From an uncultured Lachnospiraceae bacterium (lineage in GTDB: Bacteria > Bacillota > Clostridia > Lachnospirales > Lachnospiraceae), in NCBI GenBank assembly GCA_902781455.1, contig CACZJF010000009.1:5115-69114 (forward strand): DNA of 64,000 bases. Direction: 5' to 3'. Position numbers and translations under genes: made by a program. Shown here piece after piece: positions 57,245-64,000 of this stretch (its first letter is position 1; every line of letters starts with the position of its first letter). A model generated the notes under the pieces. It was not told the DNA's origin, ran no database searches, and worked only from the letters and a program-made list of their open reading frames with translations.

Positions 57245-58606
57245 TCAGAACAGTCCGCCGCCTCCGAAGGGAAGCTTAAACCCGCCTTTGCGCTTACCGG
57301 GCATTCCTCCGCCGAACTGCTTCATGAGTTTTCTCGCCTGGTCAAACTGCTTGACCAGCTTGTTGACTTCGCTGATGTCCACACCGGCACCCTTCGCGAT
57401 GCGGATCTTCCGCGACTGATTCAACAGGTCCGGATTCGACCTTTCCTTCGGTGTCATCGACAGGATGATCGCTTCGGTCCGTGCCATCTGGCTCTCATCA
57501 ATCTGGTCCTCGATCTGCGCCATCTGAGAGCCGCCCATCCCCGGAAGCATCTTGAGAATGGAACTCATCCCGCCCATTTTCTTCATCTGGGACATGGAAT
57601 CCAGATAATCGTCAAACCCGAAGGACGCCTTGCGAAGCTTCTTCTCCATCTCCTTCGCGCGGTTCTCGTCAAAGCTCTCCTGTGCCTTCTCAATCAGGCT
57701 CAGGACGTCTCCCATGCCGAGGATCCTGGAGCTCATCCGGTCCGGATAAAACTGTTCCAGATCTTCCGGCTTCTCGCCCATGCCGACGAACAGGATCGGT
57801 TTTCCGCACACAGCTCTGACAGACAGCGCCGCGCCGCCTCTGGTATCGCCGTCGAGCTTGGTTAAGATGACACCGTCAATCCCGATCTTCTCTTCGAACG
57901 CGGTGGCCACATTCACAGCTTCCTGACCGGTCATTGCGTCCACGACGAGGATCGTCTGATCGACCTCTACCTTCCGGCGGATCTCCTGAAGCTCCTCCAT
58001 CATCTCTTCATCGATCTGCAGACGTCCGGCGGTATCCAGCAGAAGGACATTGTATCCGTTCTCTCTGGCATACCTGACTGCTTCCTCAGCGATCTGCGGC
58101 GGCTTCACGTCCGTTCCCATCTCAAAGACAGGAATATTGACCTTCTGCGCGCTGACCTGCAGCTGCTTGATGGCAGCCGGCCTGTAGATATCACACGCGG
58201 CGATCAGCGGTCTGCGGCCTCTGCTTTTGAGCTTCGCCGCAAGCTTCGCACAGGTAGTCGTCTTACCGGCACCCTGAAGGCCCATCATCATCAGCACCGT
58301 GACATCGCTTCCGCCCTTCAGCTTCAGTTCGGCAGCCTCAGAGCCCATCAGCGCAGTCATCTCATCATTCACAATCTTGATGACCATCTGTCCCGGATTC
58401 AGGCCGTTCAGGACATCCTGTCCCGTCGCCTTCTCCTGGATGCTCTTCATGAGCGTCTTGACTACCTTGAAGGAGACATCCGCCTCCAGAAGCGCCATCT
58501 TGACTTCCTTCAGCGCAGCCTTGACATCATCTTCCGTGAGCTTGCCCTTGCGGCGCATATTCTTGAAGATATTCTGAAATTTATCGGATAAACTCTCAAA
58601 CGCCAT
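57245..58606 (-). CDS. ffh: Signal recognition particle protein
   Basis: GLQGAGKTT, DIYRPAA, DTAGRLQ, TKLDGDTRGGAALS, Met-rich M domain. Confidence 0.98.
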   Translation of the reverse strand: MAFESLSDKFQNIFKNMRRKGKLTEDDVKAALKEVKMALLEADVSFKVVKTLMKSIQEKATGQDVLNGLNPGQMVIKIVNDEMTALMGSEAAELKLKGGSDVTVLMMMGLQGAGKTTTCAKLAAKLKSRGRRPLIAACDIYRPAAIKQLQVSAQKVNIPVFEMGTDVKPPQIAEEAVRYARENGYNVLLLDTAGRLQIDEEMMEELQEIRRKVEVDQTILVVDAMTGQEAVNVATAFEEKIGIDGVILTKLDGDTRGGAALSVRAVCGKPILFVGMGEKPEDLEQFYPDRMSSRILGMGDVLSLIEKAQESFDENRAKEMEKKLRKASFGFDDYLDSMSQMKKMGGMSSILKMLPGMGGSQMAQIEDQIDESQMARTEAIILSMTPKERSNPDLLNQSRKIRIAKGAGVDISEVNKLVKQFDQARKLMKQFGGGMPGKRKGGFKLPFGGGGLF

Positions 58607-58660
58607 ATTCTTCGTCCTTATACGCGCAGGTAAAACTCTGTTCCGGTTTCAACCGGCATC

Positions 58661-58999
58661 TTACAGCTGCGTCAGAATCCTGTCACAGATCTGTGCAGCC
58701 TGACTGAAGTCTTCCTTTTCCAGGTCAGCCTTCTGAGCCATCTCCCGGATCTGCATCACTTCCGACCGGATCTTCCTGAAACGCATGACCAGTCCCAGCT
58801 TCTTCTCATAATCCATCAGCTGACGGTCAACCCGCTTGACCAGGTCATGGACCCCCTGTCTGGAAACACCGTATTCCTGGGCCGCTTCACTATAGCCCAG
58901 ATCACCCAGGACCACGTCTTCATAGACTTCTTTCTGATGCTCTGTCAGAAGCTCTCCGTAGAAGTCATACAGGAGCGTCTGTTCCACTATTTTTTCCAT
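58661..58999 (-). CDS. ylxM: YlxM family DNA-binding protein
   Basis: LLYDFYGELLTEHQ, VSRQGVHD..KR, YEKKLGL; immediately upstream of ffh. Confidence 0.93.
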   Translation of the reverse strand: MEKIVEQTLLYDFYGELLTEHQKEVYEDVVLGDLGYSEAAQEYGVSRQGVHDLVKRVDRQLMDYEKKLGLVMRFRKIRSEVMQIREMAQKADLEKEDFSQAAQICDRILTQL

Positions 59000-59007
59000 A
59001 CTTGCCT

Positions 59008-59076
59008 AAGATACACGAAGTCCATTTCCATGTCAAGTATTTTTTCTTGACGCAGGAACAGACTTTTTTCTTGACG
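59008..59076 (-). promoter_or_regulatory. ylxM-ffh promoter with overlapping palindrome/direct repeat
   Basis: TTGACA(59036-59031)-17-TATCTT(59013-59008); GTCAAG-N8-CTTGAC at 59032-59051; TTTTTTCTTGACG repeated at 59040 and 59064. Confidence 0.6.
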
Positions 59077-59136
59077 TTGTAACGGTTGAATCCACATCCT
59101 GTCAGGCACATGGATCAGAACAGGAAATTTCACATC

Positions 59137-59321
59137 CGCCGGGAAACGATTCCGGAGGGCAGCCACGCAAACAATAGGGAGACGACCGAGTTTTGCGAAT
59201 TGCTGCCAGCGCGGAGGCGACCACGCATCTATAGGAGCCGGGAGCGCTGGCAATGCAACTGAAGCAAAATGAGGGTAGGCGACCGTGTTTGAGGGCTGCC
59301 CTCCGGAGCGCCTGACCGGCG
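59137..59321. ncRNA. Candidate structured RNA or palindromic (REP-like) element, ~185 nt rod with central bubble (6S-like geometry)
   Basis: Nested stems CGCCGG/CCGGCG, TCCGGAGGGCAGCC/GGCTGCCCTCCGGA, CAAACA/TGTTTG, 16-17 nt unpaired bubble, TTTTGC/GCAAAA, TGCCAGCGC/GCGCTGGCA. The structure is clear; identity and strand are not. Confidence 0.4.
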
Positions 59322-59367
59322 ATTCAACCATTTCTTGCTGCTATCTGTTGACAAAAGCAGAAGTCCG

Positions 59368-60588
59368 TCAAAGGACCGCTTCCTCCAGCGCCATGGTATA
59401 TCCCGCATTCCGGATCGCGTCCAGAATCTTCTGCTTGTGCTCGGTGCCAAAAGCTTCCAGTGTGATCGTCAGCTTCACGGCCGCGTTTCTGTCGGTGCTG
59501 ACAAACTGGTTATGGTCAAGACGGATGACATTGCCCTGGTTCTCGGCAATGATGCTGGCGACGCGTACCAGTTCACCCGGCTTGTCCGGAAGCATGACGG
59601 AGAAGGTAAAGATGCGGTCACGCTGGATCAGGCCGTGCTGTACGACCGATGCCATCGTGATCACGTCCATGTTTCCGCCGGACAGAACGCAGGCGACTCT
59701 CTTATCCTTTACCTTCAGGTGCTTCAAGGCCGCTACGGTCAGCAGGCCGGAATTCTCGACGATCATCTTATGGTTCTCAACCATGTCCAGGAACGCGACG
59801 ATCAGTTCATCGTCGCTCACTGTGATAACCTCATCAATGTTCTGCTGCAGATAGGGGAAGATCTTTTCACCGGGTGTCTTTACGGCGGTGCCGTCTGCGA
59901 TCGTGCTGACCGCATCAAGTGTCACGGGCTTTCCTGCGTCGAGTGACGCGCTCAGGCAGGCTGCGCCTGCCGGCTCTACCGCGATCACCTTGATGCCGGG
60001 ATTCAGGTGTTTTGCAAGGGTGGAGACCCCGGTCGCCAGGCCGCCTCCGCCCACCGGTACCAGAACGTATTCCACCAGGGGAAGGTCCTGGAAGATTTCC
60101 ATCATGATGGTTCCCTGTCCCGTCGCGACTGTGGGATCGTCGAAGGGGTGCACAAAGGTATAGCCCTTCTCCTTCGCAAGCTGCAGCGCGTATTCGCAGG
60201 ACTCGTCGTAGACGTCCCCTTTCAGGATCACCTCCGCGCCGTAGCCTCTGGTGCGGTTCACCTTGATCAGGGGGGTTGTGGTCGGCATCACGATGATTGC
60301 CTTGCACCCGTACTGGCTTGCTGCATACGCGACGCCCTGGGCATGATTGCCTGCAGAGGCGGTGATCAGCCCTTTCCGGCGGTCTTCCTCGGTCATGGTA
60401 CTGATCTTATAGTATGCGCCCCTGATCTTATAAGCACCGGTTACCTGCATGTTCTCCGGCTTCAGAAACACCTTGTTGCCGGACTGCGCGCTGAAGTATC
60501 CGCTGGGGATCAGCTTCGTATTCGCAGTGACTTTTTTTACAATTTCAGAGGCCTCTTCAAACGCCTCAAGCGTGAGCATTTCTCTCAT
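59368..60588 (-). CDS. ilvA: Threonine ammonia-lyase with C-terminal ACT domain
   Basis: KPENMQVTGAYKIRGA, ASAGNHAQG, PVGGGGL, TIADG, LSGGN, PDKPGEL. Confidence 0.93.
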   Translation of the reverse strand: MREMLTLEAFEEASEIVKKVTANTKLIPSGYFSAQSGNKVFLKPENMQVTGAYKIRGAYYKISTMTEEDRRKGLITASAGNHAQGVAYAASQYGCKAIIVMPTTTPLIKVNRTRGYGAEVILKGDVYDESCEYALQLAKEKGYTFVHPFDDPTVATGQGTIMMEIFQDLPLVEYVLVPVGGGGLATGVSTLAKHLNPGIKVIAVEPAGAACLSASLDAGKPVTLDAVSTIADGTAVKTPGEKIFPYLQQNIDEVITVSDDELIVAFLDMVENHKMIVENSGLLTVAALKHLKVKDKRVACVLSGGNMDVITMASVVQHGLIQRDRIFTFSVMLPDKPGELVRVASIIAENQGNVIRLDHNQFVSTDRNAAVKLTITLEAFGTEHKQKILDAIRNAGYTMALEEAVL

Positions 60589-60715
60589 AATCTGTTCCTT
60601 TTCACATCTGAGAACAATCGTTATTGTCTTACTGCACACAGGAAGACATGCCGCCGGCATGGTTGCCTGCGACATGTCTTCAGGCTTACTGCGATCTGTC
60701 AGACCGCAGCATATC

Positions 60716-61663
60716 TCATGACTCTTCGCCTGTGTCAAACAGTGCTTTTACAAATGCATCTGCGTCAAATTTCTGCAGGTCTTCAATGGTTTCACCGACA
60801 CCGATGTACTTGACCGGAATGCCAAGCTCCGAATGAATCGCCGCTGCGATTCCGCCTTTTGCGGTTCCATCCAGCTTCGTGAGGATGATTCCGGACACAG
60901 GCGTCACAGCCTGGAATTCCCTCGCCTGCGACAGCGCATTCTGTCCTGTCGTACCGTCCAGAACAACCAGTGTCTCGCGGAACGCTTCCGGATATTCCCT
61001 GTCAATGATCCGGTTGATCTTTCCGAGCTCATTCATCAGGTTCTTCTTGTTGTGAAGGCGGCCTGCGGTATCGATGATCAGGACATCCGCGTCTTTTGAC
61101 TTCGCAGAAGCGATCGCGTCATACACGATGGATCCCGGATCTGATCCTTCCTGTCCGGAAATGATCGGAACACCGGCGCGGTTTGCCCATTCTGTCAGCT
61201 GTTCTCCCGCCGCTGCGCGGAAGGTATCCGCTGCTGCAAGAATAACGCTCTTACCCTGGTCCTTCAGAATCCCGGCAAGCTTGCCGATACTGGTGGTCTT
61301 GCCGACTCCATTGACGCCGACAACCAGAACGACGCTCTTCCTGTTCTCGAACTCATAGTCCGCTTCGCCCACGCTCATCTCATTTTTAATGGACTCCATG
61401 AGCAGCTCTCTGCACTTCTGCGGATCCCTGATTCTCTGATCGTTCACCTTCTCCTTCAGGTCATCGATGATATTCGTCGTCGCCTTGATGCCGACATCAC
61501 CGATGATCAGGATCTCCTCGATCTCCTCGTAGAAGTCGTCATCAATCTCGGAGTACGCCGTAAAGACATTGTCGAATCCGGATATGATGCTGCTTCTCGT
61601 CTTGCTGAGACCGTCTTTCAGACGCCGGAAAAAGCCTTTTTTCTCTTTCTTTTCCTCTTCCAT
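60716..61663 (-). CDS. ftsY: SRP receptor FtsY
   Basis: GVNGVGKTT, AADTFRAAA, DTAGRLHN, DGTTGQN, TKLDGTAKGG. Confidence 0.97.
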   Translation of the reverse strand: MEEEKKEKKGFFRRLKDGLSKTRSSIISGFDNVFTAYSEIDDDFYEEIEEILIIGDVGIKATTNIIDDLKEKVNDQRIRDPQKCRELLMESIKNEMSVGEADYEFENRKSVVLVVGVNGVGKTTSIGKLAGILKDQGKSVILAAADTFRAAAGEQLTEWANRAGVPIISGQEGSDPGSIVYDAIASAKSKDADVLIIDTAGRLHNKKNLMNELGKINRIIDREYPEAFRETLVVLDGTTGQNALSQAREFQAVTPVSGIILTKLDGTAKGGIAAAIHSELGIPVKYIGVGETIEDLQKFDADAFVKALFDTGEES

Positions 61664-61705
61664 CCTGTACTCCTTCGTAAACAATTCAACTGCGATCTGA
61701 CGCGG

Positions 61706-64000
61706 TTATGTCAGGTCACTTTCCACCAGATCCACAGACACAAGTGCCGATACGCCCTTCTCCTGCATGGTGATGCCGTAGAGGCGGTCGCAGGAGGACA
61801 TGGAACCTCTTCTGTGTGTGATGAGGATAAACTGCGTATGGTTCGTCAGCTTGTGCAGATACTTCGCGAAACGGTCCACATTGGCTTCGTCCAGCGCTGA
61901 TTCAATCTCGTCAAGCAGGCAGAACGGCGACGGCTTCAGGTTCTGGATCGCGAACAGCAGCGCGATCGCAGTCAGGCTCTTCTCTCCGCCGGACAGCTGC
62001 AGCATATTCTGCAGCTTCTTTCCGGGTGGCTGCGCGATGACTCTTATGCCTGCCTCCAGGATATCCTCTCCCTCTACAAGCTCCAGCGTTCCCTTGCCTC
62101 CTCCGAACAGTTCCCGGAAGGTCTGGTCAAACTCCTGGCGGATCCGTTCAAACTGTTCATGGAATGTGGCGCGCATATTTTCGTCGAGCTGCTCGATGAT
62201 CCTGCGCAGATCGTCCGCGCTCTTGACGAGGTCTTCATGCTGCGCGGTGAGGAACTCATAGCGCTCGGATACCTCTTTGTACTGTTCGATCGCCCCGACA
62301 TTGACATTGCCCAGAGACTTGATCTCACGGCGCAGGTCAACCAGGCGCTTCTTCAGAGAGGTGACAGAGCCGGGATCTTCCATGCGAAGGTCTCTGCACT
62401 GCACCGGGGTCAGGTCATATTCCTCCCACAGGTACTCCGTGCTCTTCTCGCGGCTCTCCTCGAGTTTCTTCAGCTGCTCCTCCAGACGGAAGATTTCCTT
62501 GTCCAGGCGGGAAATCTCAGCTGACAGCTCTTCCCGTCGGTCGAAGAAGGTATTGCGCTGCGTCAGCTTTTCTTCCTTCTGCTCATTCAGCGAGACAAGC
62601 TGCGTGCCAAGCTCTTCTTCCTTCTGCTTCGTCTGCGCGATCTTCTCTCTCAGCTCTTCGATCCTGCGCTGATTCTCCTCGCGCTCCAGTCCGCTGCTCT
62701 CGATCCGCTCCCGGATCTCTTCCGATTCATGCTCTCTCGCCTCAATCTCTTCCTGCAGCCGGTTCAGGTTCTGGGAGATAAAGTTCATCTCCTGCGTCAG
62801 GCCGGCAGACTTCACGCGCATCTTAGACAGACCTTCCTCTTCCCGGGACAGTTCCTGGGCGAGTGTCTCCAGCTGCGTCTGCAGCGATTCGATCCGGTCT
62901 TTCTCTTCCTGCTCCTGTTCTCCGCTTTTTTCCAGTTCTTCCCCGCTTTGGGACTTCTCACCTTCCAGTTTCCTGCGGTCAGCAGCGATTCGCTCCCGCT
63001 CCGCGGCGATCTGGTCACGCGCAGTTCTGGTTTCCTGCATACGGCCGGACAGGTCCTGCATCTTCTGATCCAGAGAAGTCAGGTCGAATTCATTTTTCTG
63101 AATCAGACCTGATACGGCAGCAATCTCGTCCCTGAGACGGTTTCTTCTGGTATGGTCATCCTCCACGCGCGCGGTCAGCTCATCGAGCTGTTTCTTCATG
63201 CGCGCAAGCTTTTTCTTCGCGTCGTCGATCTCACGCCGCCTGCCCAGGAGGTTGCTGTTATTCTTAAATGCGCCGCCGGTCATGGACCCGCCGGGACTGA
63301 GCAGTTCACCGTCCAGAGTAACCAGCCTGAGGCTGTAATGGTATCTTCTGGCGATCTCTACGGCACGGTCGATGTTCTCCACGACAACCGTGCGGCCGAG
63401 CAGGTGCTTGACCAGATCGCTGAATCGGTCCTCATACGTGACGATATCAGAAGCAAGGCCGATGACGCCTGTTTCGTCCAGAACACTGGTCTCCTTCAGT
63501 CCCCTGCTGTTCTTCATGGCAGTCAGCGGAAGGAACGTAGCCCGTCCGAAACGATTCTCCTTCAGGAAGGCAATCATCTTCTTGGCGGTACTCTCATCTG
63601 TGGTGACTATGTTCTGGATGCTTCCGCCCAGCGCGGTCTCGACAGCAAGCTCATACTTCCTGGAAGTCTGGATCAGATCCGCCACGACGCCGAGAATGCC
63701 CGGGACACGGTCCTTCTGTTCCATCACCCGGCGGATCGAACCGCCGTATCCTTCATAGCGTTCCGTGATCGCACGGAGGGTATCAAAACGGGAGGACTCT
63801 CTCTGGTAGTCCTCGCGCAGTTTTGCAAGGGCGTCAGAGCCTTCCAGAAAGTCCCTGTGAACCCGGTCCAGTTCTTCCGACAGGCGTTCACTTCTATCCT
63901 GAAGCGATTCCGCCTCCTTCAGGACATCCTGTTTCTGCTCGCCCAGCTGCCCCCTGCTTTGATCCTGCGAACGCTCCTCGCTCCTTAAGGTAAGTTCCCG
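61706..64000 (-). CDS. smc: Chromosome segregation protein SMC, 3' part; start lies beyond the window
   Basis: Frame open to 64000; hinge GRATFLPL and GGSMTGG, LGNVN.GAI, LSGGEKS, PFCLLDEIE.ALD. Confidence 0.97.
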   Translation of the reverse strand, partial: RELTLRSEERSQDQSRGQLGEQKQDVLKEAESLQDRSERLSEELDRVHRDFLEGSDALAKLREDYQRESSRFDTLRAITERYEGYGGSIRRVMEQKDRVPGILGVVADLIQTSRKYELAVETALGGSIQNIVTTDESTAKKMIAFLKENRFGRATFLPLTAMKNSRGLKETSVLDETGVIGLASDIVTYEDRFSDLVKHLLGRTVVVENIDRAVEIARRYHYSLRLVTLDGELLSPGGSMTGGAFKNNSNLLGRRREIDDAKKKLARMKKQLDELTARVEDDHTRRNRLRDEIAAVSGLIQKNEFDLTSLDQKMQDLSGRMQETRTARDQIAAERERIAADRRKLEGEKSQSGEELEKSGEQEQEEKDRIESLQTQLETLAQELSREEEGLSKMRVKSAGLTQEMNFISQNLNRLQEEIEAREHESEEIRERIESSGLEREENQRRIEELREKIAQTKQKEEELGTQLVSLNEQKEEKLTQRNTFFDRREELSAEISRLDKEIFRLEEQLKKLEESREKSTEYLWEEYDLTPVQCRDLRMEDPGSVTSLKKRLVDLRREIKSLGNVNVGAIEQYKEVSERYEFLTAQHEDLVKSADDLRRIIEQLDENMRATFHEQFERIRQEFDQTFRELFGGGKGTLELVEGEDILEAGIRVIAQPPGKKLQNMLQLSGGEKSLTAIALLFAIQNLKPSPFCLLDEIESALDEANVDRFAKYLHKLTNHTQFILITHRRGSMSSCDRLYGITMQEKGVSALVSVDLVESDLT

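Noticed and set aside
1-64000. Defence systems, prophage, IS elements, retroelements, tRNA/rRNA
   Set aside because: No nuclease-defence, reverse transcriptase, transposase, integrase, phage or tRNA/rRNA signatures were seen; small RNAs could be missed without a covariance-model scan

Overview
A gene-dense chromosomal window of moderate to high GC from a Clostridia bacterium. Gene order and protein families point to Lachnospiraceae, probably rumen/gut (inference). Most of it is core genome: smc-ftsY-ilvA-ylxM-ffh-rpsP-khpA-rimM-trmD, prfC, asp23-nusB-xseAB-ispA-dxs-tlyA-nadK-argR-recN-rpiB, argCJBD divergent from argG, glpK, htpG, glnS and mutY. It also carries a GH36 alpha-galactosidase and a LacI/GH94 cellobiose phosphorylase pair. 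I saw no transposase, integrase, phage gene, CRISPR array, tRNA or rRNA. The best candidate for an under-described system is an OmpR response regulator, histidine kinase and GerMN lipoprotein module placed between comEA and comEC. Other items worth a second look: a ~185-nt rod-shaped element with 6S-RNA-like geometry and a thrice-repeated motif; a surface subtilase with a much more AT-rich catalytic core; an LTA-synthase/MdoB-like gene inside the rimM-trmD operon; a doubly frameshifted, truncated phnW; a CIRCE element on htpG; absence of sporulation genes from their usual flanking positions; and repeat insertions in several conserved proteins. All calls come from reading motifs by eye; no database search was run, so novelty is unverified.
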